Below, in pieces: positions 42,246 through 50,858 of a stretch of DNA of 55,529 nt. Position numbers and translations under genes: made by a program. Under the pieces are notes generated by a model. It was not told the origin of the DNA, did no database searches, and saw nothing but the letters and a program-made list of their open reading frames with translations. Position 1 is the stretch's first letter, and each line of letters starts with the position of its first letter. Source of the DNA: Candidatus Omnitrophota bacterium (GTDB lineage: Bacteria; Omnitrophota; Gorgyraeia; Pluralincolimonadales; Pluralincolimonadaceae); the NCBI GenBank assembly GCA_043798215.1, contig JAZDOX010000075.1, positions 1-55,529 on the forward strand, read 5' to 3'.

Positions 42246-43045
42246 TGGGTAATAATGAAGCAGTCATAAGGGTGGATAATCTTGTGAGGGAATTTGGCGG
42301 ACGCCGCGTGCTGGACGGCGTTACTCTGGAGGCTTATAAGGGCGAGACTTTGGTTGTGATGGGAGGTTCTGGTTGCGGCAAATCCACTCTTCTTAGGCAT
42401 ATAATAGGAACCCTGAAACCTGATTCCGGGAATATCTATCTTTTTGGAGAAGATATAACTGCGGCTAAAGAAAGCAGGATGGACGAGTTGAGAAAAAAGA
42501 TCGGAGTGCTTTTTCAGTCCGCGGCCTTATTCGATTCTCTGACGGTCGAAGAGAATATAAGCTTGCCTTTGAGAGAGCACACAAAACTCAGCGAGAGCAT
42601 AATAAAGATTATTGTAAGGATGAAGTTGGAGCTCGTGGGATTGCGCGGATTCGAGCGCCTTTATCCTTCTCAGATTTCCGGAGGAATGAAAAAACGGGTG
42701 GGTTTGGCTCGGGCGATAGCGATGGATCCGCAGATAATTTTTTACGATGAGCCGACCGCGGGATTGGACCCTGTGGTTGCGGCAGTGATAGACAAATTGA
42801 TATTGGATTTAAGCGAAAAACTTTCGATATCTTCCATCGTTGTCACTCATGATATGAATTCGGTGTTCAGAATAGCCGACAGGATAGCTATGCTTCACAG
42901 TGGAAGAGTCTTGCAAGTCGGCACAAGAGATGAGATTAAGAATTCCCAGAACGAATATGTCAGGCAGTTTATTAACGGCGATCCCGAAGGCCCGATAAAG
43001 TTTTTTAGGCCTGACGAGGATTATCTCAAGGAATTGACGACTTAA
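42245..43045 (+). CDS. mlaF: Phospholipid ABC transporter ATP-binding protein MlaF
   Basis: Walker A GGSGCGKST, signature QISGGMKKRVGLARA, Walker B IIFYDEPT. ATG 42245 overlaps the mlaE stop (TAATG). The track start 42206 is rejected. Confidence 0.9.
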   Translation: MGNNEAVIRVDNLVREFGGRRVLDGVTLEAYKGETLVVMGGSGCGKSTLLRHIIGTLKPDSGNIYLFGEDITAAKESRMDELRKKIGVLFQSAALFDSLTVEENISLPLREHTKLSESIIKIIVRMKLELVGLRGFERLYPSQISGGMKKRVGLARAIAMDPQIIFYDEPTAGLDPVVAAVIDKLILDLSEKLSISSIVVTHDMNSVFRIADRIAMLHSGRVLQVGTRDEIKNSQNEYVRQFINGDPEGPIKFFRPDEDYLKELTT

Positions 43046-43049
43046 AACT

Positions 43050-43226
43050 GTAGTGCATTGTAACATAAATTTTATACTGTTCGAGCGAGGCCATTGGCCG
43101 AGTCGAGAACTATGGATACGGGCAGCAACAGAACTTCTCGACTCATCCGCCTCAGGCGGATTCGCTCGAAGAATAAGTGTTTACTGTCTCCAAGGACTAC
43201 CACGAATTAATGTTACAGAGCAGTAG
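43050..43226 (+). mobile_element. Family A element, copy A6 (reference copy) between mlaF and mlaD
   Basis: Full TIRs. Core 43080-43170 forms a four-way junction with no linker nucleotides (see findings). Confidence 0.9.
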
Positions 43227-43234
43227 AGGGTAAA

Positions 43235-43903
43235 ATGTCGCTAAAATTGACTAACGAGGCTAAAACCGGAATCATTATTATGCTTGGAGGATTGTTTTTA
43301 TTGTTTATGCTTTATAAGACGGGCGGAATAAAGACGACGAAAGGTTATGAGCAGAAATGCCTCTTCAATTACGTAAGCGGGTTGGAGGAGAATGCCCCAG
43401 TCAGGCTCGCAGGAGTCAAGGTTGGAGAGGTCAAAAACATTAGCTTTACTTATTTTGAAGACCAGACAAAGATTTTAGTTGTACTGTTGCTGGATGAGCG
43501 TGCTAAGATAAGAGAGGATTCAAAGATAAGGATTAGCGCAACCGGCCTGATTGGAGAGAAATATATCGAGATTACGGGAGGCTCAAAGGGCTCGCCGGTC
43601 GCGGACAAAAGCCGGATATTGACCGGAATAGATCCGTTCGAGATGGAAGAGCTGGTTGAGATGGGCAGGGATCTGGCTTCAAGGCTTGATTCGTCTATGC
43701 GCGATTTGCAAAAATTAATGGGGCATACCGATGAGGTATTGGTTGAAAACAAAGACGACATCAGGACTGTTATCCTGAATTTAAAGGATACTTCCGTGAA
43801 TTTTAGAGAGTTTAGCGATGACATAAGGCGTAATCCGTGGAAGCTTATTATTAAAGGAAAGGAAGTTTCTAAGGAAAAATTTCCGAAGGACGGGAAAAAA
43901 TAA
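43235..43903 (+). CDS. mlaD: MCE-domain protein MlaD
   Basis: N-terminal TM anchor and MCE domain (APVRLAGVKVGEVKNI ... GLIGEKYIEI). Separated from mlaF by a family A repeat. Confidence 0.85.
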   Translation: MSLKLTNEAKTGIIIMLGGLFLLFMLYKTGGIKTTKGYEQKCLFNYVSGLEENAPVRLAGVKVGEVKNISFTYFEDQTKILVVLLLDERAKIREDSKIRISATGLIGEKYIEITGGSKGSPVADKSRILTGIDPFEMEELVEMGRDLASRLDSSMRDLQKLMGHTDEVLVENKDDIRTVILNLKDTSVNFREFSDDIRRNPWKLIIKGKEVSKEKFPKDGKK

Positions 43904-43926
43904 AAAAAGGGATACTGTAAAATAGT

Positions 43927-44074
43927 CTGTTGACTTTCAGTCCGCCAATGCGTTGTGGCGGGTGTCAGTTTTGCTATCATGTTGTAGCCGCAAAGCGTCA
44001 GCTTTGCTAATTGTTTTGCGCGCATTTTGCAGAGCTTCGCTCTGCAGCTACACAATAAATTCAAAAGTCAGCAG
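43927..44074. repeat. Palindromic element with TIR CTGTTGACTTT ... AAAGTCAGCAG
   Basis: The inverted termini and an internal imperfect palindrome (GTAGCCGCAAAGCG / CGCTCTGCAGCTAC) are readable. Single copy in the window. Confidence 0.6.
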
Positions 44075-44081
44075 AACTCTT

Positions 44082-44256
44082 AGTAGCGCTCTGTAACATT
44101 AATTCGTGGTAGTCCTCGGAGACAGCAAACACTTATTCTTCGAGCAAATCCGCCTGAGGCGGATGAGTCGAGAAGTTCTGTTGCTGCCCGTATCCATAGT
44201 TCTCGACTCGGCCAATGGCCTCGCTCGAACAGTATAAAATTTATGTTACAATAGTA
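44082..44256 (-). mobile_element. Family A element, copy A7
   Basis: Reverse complement of the consensus. Ends 22 nt before the FecR-domain gene start. Confidence 0.9.
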
Positions 44257-44277
44257 TCAAAAAAAGGGGGTGCGGCA

Positions 44278-45192
44278 ATGAACAGAGTCAGGTATTTTGC
44301 GTTTGGGTTGTCTGTAGGCATTTTATTCTTGAGCTCTAATCTGATATTTGCCAAAGAGCTGGAGAGAGAGGCTAAGGTTATAATGGTAAAGGCGGATGCC
44401 AAGATACAGAAAGCGGGCAGGACTGAGTGGCTTGCGGCAAAAGAGGGGATGATACTTTCCGATGGCGATACGGCCACTACCGGAAAAGATTCAAGTTTAG
44501 AGGTGGCATTCGATAAGGATAACAAGAATGTTATTCGGCTGGAAGAGAATTCCACGGCCATATTGCGCGGAAAAATGCTAAAACAAATCGAGTTGCCGCG
44601 GGGCAGGATTCGTTCTATAATAAAGGAACTTGGCAAAAAGTCATCTTTTGAGATAAAGACGCCTACCGTTGTGGCCGGGGCAAGAGGAAGCGGATGGGAT
44701 GTTATTGCGGACGCCGACAGAGATACGGTTAAGGCTTATGAGGATGAGATATTCGTTCAATCATTCGATGAGCAGGGGGATTTAATAAAAGAGATAGTTA
44801 TAAGAGAAGGCTGGGAGGTTTTTATAGAGAGATTTCAGGCTCCTAGCGAGTTGATCGAACTTACGAATATGGATAAGCAGGATTGGAGTTCATGGAAAGA
44901 GGATTTAGGCGAGAGGATAGAGACCAAAGAACCGGAAACTACCGAAGGCAAAGCTGAAAATAAGACGCCGGAATCAAAGAGCGCGGAGTCTATAGGAAAA
45001 GAAATGGAAGATAAGACGGCGGCTTTCGAGAATATAGAGTCCATTGAGGATAGATCCGAGGCAGAGAACGAATATAAAGAGCAGATATCGCAAATCGAGG
45101 ATGTAAAGAAGATAGAGGAAAGAGTGGAGAGTGAGAATGTTGAGGAGGAAGAAACGACTACTAGTTCCGGCGGCGGATGCAGCGGCTATTAA
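44278..45192 (+). CDS. Secreted FecR-domain protein with an acidic C-terminal tail
   Basis: RBS aaggggg. Signal peptide MNRVRYFAFGLSVGILFLSSNLIFA. FecR-like beta region (GMILSDGDTATTGKDSSLEVAFD). The track start 44215 lies inside a repeat. Confidence 0.7.
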   Translation: MNRVRYFAFGLSVGILFLSSNLIFAKELEREAKVIMVKADAKIQKAGRTEWLAAKEGMILSDGDTATTGKDSSLEVAFDKDNKNVIRLEENSTAILRGKMLKQIELPRGRIRSIIKELGKKSSFEIKTPTVVAGARGSGWDVIADADRDTVKAYEDEIFVQSFDEQGDLIKEIVIREGWEVFIERFQAPSELIELTNMDKQDWSSWKEDLGERIETKEPETTEGKAENKTPESKSAESIGKEMEDKTAAFENIESIEDRSEAENEYKEQISQIEDVKKIEERVESENVEEEETTTSSGGGCSGY

Positions 45193-45228
45193 TTTATAAC
45201 AATAGAATTTATAACTTAAAGATTGTTA

Positions 45229-45402
45229 GTATATTGCAACATAAATTTTATACTGTTCGAGCGAGGCCATTGGCCGAGTCGAGAACTATGGATATGGACA
45301 GCAGTAGAACTTCTCGACTCATCCGCCTCAGGCGGATTTGCTCGAAGAATAAGTGTTTGCTGTTTTCAAGGACTGTCATGAATTAATGTTACAGGGCATT
45401 AG
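45229..45402 (+). mobile_element. Family A element, copy A8
   Basis: ATTGCAACATAAATTTTATACTG ... AATTAATGTTACAGGGCATTAG, with an intact core. Confidence 0.9.
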
Positions 45403-45460
45403 GGATAAATCTCTAACAGGGGTTGCCCGTCTTAACCAGTGGCTAACAGGAGAGGCGCGT

Positions 45461-46489
45461 ATGAATAAATTAACTTTCTCATTTTTAACTTTGTTTTTAA
45501 TATTTATCGCGGGATTTGAAGTTATGGCCGCCGATATTATCGAAGAACAGACGACCCAGAGAGATTTGGGTGTCACGGAAGAAAATGTTTATAAAAAGGT
45601 TGAGGCAGTCAGAGAAGGCAAAAAATATAAAGCGAAGTTTTTTCTTTCTGCGCAGCAGGGCTATGACAACAACGTTTTTTTGGATCCGCGGCGGAAAAAA
45701 GACACCTTTTCCGAGGGAATTTTTGACGCGGGCGTAGCGTATTCCCTAAACAGCCGATGGGATGTCATTGGAGACGTCTCGGTTCACGATATATCTTACT
45801 GGGAAGCCACCGACGCCAGTCTCGTAGACACAAATTTTAAGCTTGGATTTAAAGGCAAGTTGTTTGCTAATATATCGTTAACCGCATTAAACGACATAGA
45901 GATGGTTGAATATAAATCTAATGATGATGGAGAATTTATCGGGGACAAGACAATCCTTACTTTGAATCAAAAACTGCCGAATAATTTTTTTCATACCTTT
46001 GGCTATGAATTTTTTTATAAGAATTATTCCGACAGGAAAGCAACAAACGGCTGGGGCGGAGAATCAGATAAAGACAGGGTAGATCATAGAAATACCTTCG
46101 ATTATGATGTAGGGGTATATTTCAAGAGAGCTATGTTAAAGCTTAGAGGCGAATATTTCTTGAATAAATCAAATGAGGCATATCACGATTACTATGATTA
46201 TGAGTCAAAGAAATTAGGATGCTCGCTGATATATTTGCTTACCGACAAGATGAGCGCGTATTTTTCGCTTACCAAACAGTTTAAAACTTTCTCGGCAAGG
46301 ACTATACCCAACGATATTACCAGACGCGAGCATGATCACGGATATGTAGCTATGTCGTCAATATTCTATGACTTATATAAGAATACGACGCTGGCTTTTT
46401 CTTATGCGTATAGGCAAAATCGCTCAAATAATCCAAGCCAGAAATATTCCGGTTCCATAACCACTTTAGGGATGCATTTAAGGTTTTAA
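45461..46489 (+). CDS. Outer-membrane beta-barrel protein
   Basis: RBS aggagagg. Signal peptide MNKLTFSFLTLFLIFIAGFEVMA. Alternating beta-strand pattern, with a terminal ...LGMHLRF (C-terminal Phe). The track start 45353 lies inside a repeat. Confidence 0.7.
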   Translation: MNKLTFSFLTLFLIFIAGFEVMAADIIEEQTTQRDLGVTEENVYKKVEAVREGKKYKAKFFLSAQQGYDNNVFLDPRRKKDTFSEGIFDAGVAYSLNSRWDVIGDVSVHDISYWEATDASLVDTNFKLGFKGKLFANISLTALNDIEMVEYKSNDDGEFIGDKTILTLNQKLPNNFFHTFGYEFFYKNYSDRKATNGWGGESDKDRVDHRNTFDYDVGVYFKRAMLKLRGEYFLNKSNEAYHDYYDYESKKLGCSLIYLLTDKMSAYFSLTKQFKTFSARTIPNDITRREHDHGYVAMSSIFYDLYKNTTLAFSYAYRQNRSNNPSQKYSGSITTLGMHLRF

Positions 46490-46500
46490 CGGCTGATTTT

Positions 46501-48381
46501 ATGTTGAAGATCAAACTGTTTAAATACGCCGCGTATTTTTTATGCGTGGCTGCTTTGCTTTCCGTATCTTTTTTCAGGCTCCTCGAGTCATATGAGCTTC
46601 AGACTTTCGATTTAAGATTTAGTTTGAGGCCCCCTTTAAAAGTAAATCAAGATATAGTTATAATCGAGATAGCCGAGGATTCGATAAGGGAATTCGGCAG
46701 ATGGCCTTTTAGCAGAAAATATCACGCCTATCTGATAGACTGCCTTCGCCAGCTTGGCGCGCGCGCGATTATCTTTGACATACTATTTGGCGAAGAAAGT
46801 CCGGACGACGCGGAATTGATAGAGGCTACCGGCGCGGCCAAGGGTTTGGTGTATTATCCGATTGTTTTGGCGCTTGAACGCGGCGGAAAAGCGGCAGGGC
46901 CTAAGGCTGTTGGCATAGAAGTTCCACTTATTGATGGTTTGGCGCGCGCCGCAAAAGGAGTAGGTTTTATAAATGCCGTGGCGGATAGTGATGGCAAAAC
47001 GCGCAGAGTTGCCTTAACCGCGGAATCCGCGGACAAGAAACATTTTCAGCTTGCTTATCTTGCCGCTAAAGATTATGTTAACGGCAGTTCTTTGCGCCTG
47101 CCTCTTGGAGACGACGGAAATTTTCTGGTGAATTATCCGGGAAAATGGAACGGTACTTTCAAACATTATTCTTTCGCGGATGTGCTGGCTTCTTTTGAGC
47201 AGACCGTAAGAGGGGAAGAGAGCAGAATAAACCTCTCCAATTTTTATAATAAAGTTTGTTTTGTCGGGCAAACAGAGATAGGAGGCCATGACTTAAAACC
47301 AAATCCGCTTGAGCCCGCTTATCCTATGATGGGGGTTCATGCCAGCATCTTTAACTCGATAGCAGAGAATAAATTTTTGATTAGGGCCAAGAAAGAAATA
47401 AACTTAGCGCTCTTGCTGGCGCTGTGCGTTATCGTGGCTTTAGCGGTTAATAAAGCAAGGCCCTTATCGGGGTTGGGCATCTCCTCCTCCGCTATATTTA
47501 TATTTATCGCTTTTGGTTTTACCTTGTTTATCTTCTTCGGAGTTTGGATAGATTTATTTTGTCCCGTTACGCTTGCCATCGGCGTCTATCTGGGATTTAC
47601 GGTCAAAAGATATTTTATTGAGAAGCGCGAACGCCTTTTGATGGAGAGAGAACTCTCGATAGCAAGGCAGATACAGATGGATTTTCTTCCGTCTTCAACG
47701 CCTCAGGCGGAGGATATAGATATAGCCGCCTCAATTGAGACGGCAAAAGCGGTGGGAGGAGATCTTTACGATTTTCCAAGTATGACCAAGTTTTCCGTGG
47801 AGGATAAAGACAAACTTGGCGTTATGATAGGCGATGTCTCAGGCAAGGGAGTTTACGCCGCTTTGTTTATGGCGCGTTCGATAGCGGACTTCAGGCATTT
47901 AGCCGCCGGCGTTCCGAGCCCTTCATTCGTTCTCGCCGGGCTTAATAAAGAGATAGCCCTTAATTATAAGACAGGGTTGTTTGTCACGATGTTTTATATG
48001 ATTTATGATCGTTTTGACAAAAGTCTTGTTTATTCAAACGGTGGACATCCTCCCGCCATATGCCTTAAGGCGGCAGGGCAAGTAGAGTTTTTAAGAGCTG
48101 AAGGAATTCCACTCGGCCTTATGGATTCAGCGGTGTATTCGCAAACGAACGTGAAGCTGGATGCCGGCGATGCCATTATTCTTTACACCGACGGCGTTAC
48201 TGAGGCCCGTAACGCGAACAAGGAAGAGTTTGGCGAGAAGCGGCTTGTTCAGGCGGTCGTTAATAACAGGGATCTGCCGGTGAACCGGATCTTGGAGGAA
48301 ATCAAGGCCCACCTTGCTAAATTTGTCGGCGCGGCGCCTCAATATGATGATTGCACGATAATCGTGTTTAAGGTAAGATAA
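46501..48381 (+). CDS. CHASE2 sensor domain / PP2C (SpoIIE-type) serine phosphatase
   Basis: The N-terminal periplasmic CHASE2 pattern (VIIEIAEDSIREFGRWPFSRKYHAYLIDCL...AIIFDILF) is followed by 3-4 TM segments. The C-terminal PP2C motifs are GGDLYDF, GDVSGKG, NGGHPP and LYTDGVTEA. Confidence 0.8.
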   Translation: MLKIKLFKYAAYFLCVAALLSVSFFRLLESYELQTFDLRFSLRPPLKVNQDIVIIEIAEDSIREFGRWPFSRKYHAYLIDCLRQLGARAIIFDILFGEESPDDAELIEATGAAKGLVYYPIVLALERGGKAAGPKAVGIEVPLIDGLARAAKGVGFINAVADSDGKTRRVALTAESADKKHFQLAYLAAKDYVNGSSLRLPLGDDGNFLVNYPGKWNGTFKHYSFADVLASFEQTVRGEESRINLSNFYNKVCFVGQTEIGGHDLKPNPLEPAYPMMGVHASIFNSIAENKFLIRAKKEINLALLLALCVIVALAVNKARPLSGLGISSSAIFIFIAFGFTLFIFFGVWIDLFCPVTLAIGVYLGFTVKRYFIEKRERLLMERELSIARQIQMDFLPSSTPQAEDIDIAASIETAKAVGGDLYDFPSMTKFSVEDKDKLGVMIGDVSGKGVYAALFMARSIADFRHLAAGVPSPSFVLAGLNKEIALNYKTGLFVTMFYMIYDRFDKSLVYSNGGHPPAICLKAAGQVEFLRAEGIPLGLMDSAVYSQTNVKLDAGDAIILYTDGVTEARNANKEEFGEKRLVQAVVNNRDLPVNRILEEIKAHLAKFVGAAPQYDDCTIIVFKVR

Positions 48382-48511
48382 TTTGAATCCCCAACAAATC
48401 CGCTTTTAATTTTTTCACACAAACTGCTTTTAGGCTCTCCCCAATCTGCTTAAAAAATTTTTGAAAGAAAATCTCTGCTTTTATCGTCTCTTGTTATAAA
48501 GGAGGGGTAAA

Positions 48512-48775
48512 ATGTTAACTTTCAGCGTAAAGAGGGTGTACAAGTTTAATGGAGAGGGGCCGCTTAAGGCGATAGCGGATCTGGTTATCGGTGAGGAATT
48601 CTTGGTAAAGGGATTCCGCGTGGTGGAGGGGAAAAATGGCTTGTTTATTTCTGGACCGACTAAAGCGGGAAATAACGGAAAATGGTATAGCACTGCGCTT
48701 GCTCTTACGGATGAAGCCAAAAGAGAAGTTGAGCGCGTTGTTATGGAAGCCTTTGAGAACGAAGACAGGCAATAA
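48512..48775 (+). CDS. spoVG: SpoVG-family protein
   Basis: LKAIADLVIGEEFLVKGFRVVEGKNGLFISGPTK matches the SpoVG core. RBS aaggagggg. Confidence 0.85.
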   Translation: MLTFSVKRVYKFNGEGPLKAIADLVIGEEFLVKGFRVVEGKNGLFISGPTKAGNNGKWYSTALALTDEAKREVERVVMEAFENEDRQ

Positions 48776-49127
48776 AAAATTAGGCGATCTATCGGAGAAA
48801 CTCGCGGCGAAATTCCTTAAACGGCGCGGATATGAGATATTGACTAAGAAATATCGCGGAGCCGGCGGCGAGATAGATATAGTGGCTAAGGAAAAAGGGT
48901 CATTGGTTTTCGTCGAGGTTCGTTCAAAATCAGGTTCGGAATTCGGTTTGCCGTATGAGACCATTAATTACGAGAAGAGAAAGCGCCTTGAGAAGACGGC
49001 GGTGGAATTTCAGAAGCGTTTTAAACTTATTGACCGGGATTCGAGGTTTGATTGCGTTTCAGTATTGTTTGACAAGAACTTTAAGGTCGTCGAAATAGAT
49101 TTAATAAAGGACGCTTTTTGGAGCTAA
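48753..49127 (+). CDS. YraN-family (UPF0102) endonuclease-like protein
   Basis: GDLSEKLAAKFLKRRGYEILTKKYRGAGGEIDIVAKEKGSLVFVEVRS is the YraN core. I propose TTG 48753 as the start. The ATG starts in the track ORF (48636, 48711) would overlap most of spoVG. Confidence 0.7.
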   Translation: MRTKTGNKKLGDLSEKLAAKFLKRRGYEILTKKYRGAGGEIDIVAKEKGSLVFVEVRSKSGSEFGLPYETINYEKRKRLEKTAVEFQKRFKLIDRDSRFDCVSVLFDKNFKVVEIDLIKDAFWS

Positions 49128-49129
49128 AG

Positions 49130-50683
49130 ATGCTTGCTAAAGTAGAGAGTAGGGTTGTTTTAGGGATTGAGGCGAAGAAAGTCGAGGTGGAGGTGGATAT
49201 AACCGGCGGATTACCGCATTTCGCGATAGTCGGGCTTGCCGATACGGCGGTTAAGGAAAGCAGGGACAGGGTTATTTCGGCCATCAAGAACTGTGGTTTT
49301 AGATTTCCGCCGAAGAGGATTATCATAAATCTGGCGCCGGCAGATTTAAGGAAAGAGGGGGCGGTTCTTGATCTTCCTATTGCGGTTGGGATTTTGATAG
49401 CCAATGGCGAGATTGCGCAGCAGGATGTGGAGGGCAGGATATTTTGCGGCGAACTTTCTTTAGACGGAAAGGTAAAGCCCGTTGCCGGCGTTCTTTCGAT
49501 AGCGGCCGGATTATCTAAAATTTCCCAATCTGGTTCTTTGAAAACGGGCTATGAATTTATTCTGCCTTCCCGCAACGCCAAAGAGGCGGCGGTGGTTAGC
49601 GGAGTGTCGGTTTTCCCGGTGAAGGATTTAGGTGAGGTGGTGAAGTTCCTGAGAGGCGAGGTTAAGATTGACGCCGCCGTTGCCGAATCAGGGGGCTTAA
49701 ATACTGCTTCCGCGGTTTCAGATATCGATTTTTGCGAGGTTAAGGGACAGTTGCATGTGAAACGAGGCCTTGAAGTCGCCGCCGCCGGCGGGCATAATGT
49801 CCTTATGATAGGGCCTCCCGGCTCCGGAAAGACGATGTTGGCTCAACGGCTGCCGGGTATTTTGCCGGAGTTATCCTTCGAGGAAGCGCTTGAGACGACA
49901 AAAATTCACAGTGTCGCGGGCCTGCTTGACAGCCAGAATTTTCTGGTTTCAAGAAGGCCTTTTCGAATGCCTCATCATACCGTTTCTTACGCGGGCTTGG
50001 TGGGAGGGGGCATAAAATTAAGGCCGGGCGAGATAAGCTTTGCCCATAACGGCGTGTTGTTTTTGGATGAGCTGCCCGAGTTCCGCCGCGACGCGCTGGA
50101 AGCGCTTCGTCAGCCGCTGGAGAGCGGGGAAGTGACTATTTCAAGAGCGATTGCGGCCCTTAAATACCCGGCAAAATTTATGTTTGTGGCGGCTATGAAT
50201 CCTTGCCCCTGCGGTTACTTTACGGATTCAAATAAAGAATGCCATTGTTCTCCGCGGGATATACAGCGATATCTCTCGAAGGTGTCAGGTCCGCTTCTTG
50301 ACAGGATAGATATTCATCTGGAAGTCGCCTCTCTTAAATATAATGAGCTTTCGGATAAGAGCCGCGGCGAGAATTCGGAATGCGTAAAAGAAAGGGTAAA
50401 TCGCGCCAGAGAAATACAGAAATCGCGCTATAAAGATTTAAGGGTATTTTGCAACGCGCATCTGGGTTCGAGGCAGCTCGGCAGGTTTTGCCGCCTTGAC
50501 AAGGAGGCAGAGGAGCTTTTAAAATTAGCTGTTCTCGAGCTCGGCCTTAGCGCCAGAGGCTATGATAAAGTTCTTAAAATTTCCCGGACAATAGCGGATT
50601 TAGCCGCTTGTGAAGAGATAAAAGTAGATCACATTTCGGAAGCGATAAACTACAGAAGCTTAGACAGGAGTTTAGGTTTTTGA
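49130..50683 (+). CDS. comM: Mg-chelatase-like AAA+ ATPase YifB/ComM
   Basis: N-terminal Lon-protease-like domain, Walker A GPPGSGKT, FLDELPEF, zinc-type CPCGY...C.C. I chose ATG 49130. Confidence 0.9.
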   Translation: MLAKVESRVVLGIEAKKVEVEVDITGGLPHFAIVGLADTAVKESRDRVISAIKNCGFRFPPKRIIINLAPADLRKEGAVLDLPIAVGILIANGEIAQQDVEGRIFCGELSLDGKVKPVAGVLSIAAGLSKISQSGSLKTGYEFILPSRNAKEAAVVSGVSVFPVKDLGEVVKFLRGEVKIDAAVAESGGLNTASAVSDIDFCEVKGQLHVKRGLEVAAAGGHNVLMIGPPGSGKTMLAQRLPGILPELSFEEALETTKIHSVAGLLDSQNFLVSRRPFRMPHHTVSYAGLVGGGIKLRPGEISFAHNGVLFLDELPEFRRDALEALRQPLESGEVTISRAIAALKYPAKFMFVAAMNPCPCGYFTDSNKECHCSPRDIQRYLSKVSGPLLDRIDIHLEVASLKYNELSDKSRGENSECVKERVNRAREIQKSRYKDLRVFCNAHLGSRQLGRFCRLDKEAEELLKLAVLELGLSARGYDKVLKISRTIADLAACEEIKVDHISEAINYRSLDRSLGF

Positions 50684-50730
50684 AGGTTGATTTTCGGGAA
50701 TTTTTTTGGCAGTCCCGTACAGGATTTTTC

Positions 50731-50759
50731 TTGTGTTTTATAAAGAATTTTTATATAAT
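50731..50759 (+). promoter_or_regulatory. Sigma70-type promoter upstream of the autotransporter
   Basis: TTGTGT (50731-50736), 17-nt spacer, TATAAT (50754-50759). Confidence 0.55.
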
Positions 50760-50858
50760 ATTTTTGTTGTCTATCCCCTCTAAAGATACAAAATCTTATC
50801 GGTAAATTATGTCAGAGATTATAGTTTCTGATTGCACAAGGATAAAAAGGAGAATATA

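Noticed and set aside
43080-43170. tRNA or tRNA-like gene, because the family A core is cloverleaf-shaped.
   Set aside because: Arm lengths are wrong: a 9-bp closing stem, 3-nt loops, and a 10-bp arm with a 25-nt loop. There is no T-loop GTTCGAATC-type motif, D-loop or CCA context. It is present in 8 near-identical copies with TIRs.
48636-48752. ATG starts at 48636/48711 for the YraN-family gene.
   Set aside because: They would overlap 65-140 nt of spoVG and add a non-conserved extension. The family core begins near residue G-D-L-S-E, so TTG 48753 is preferred, although it remains uncertain.
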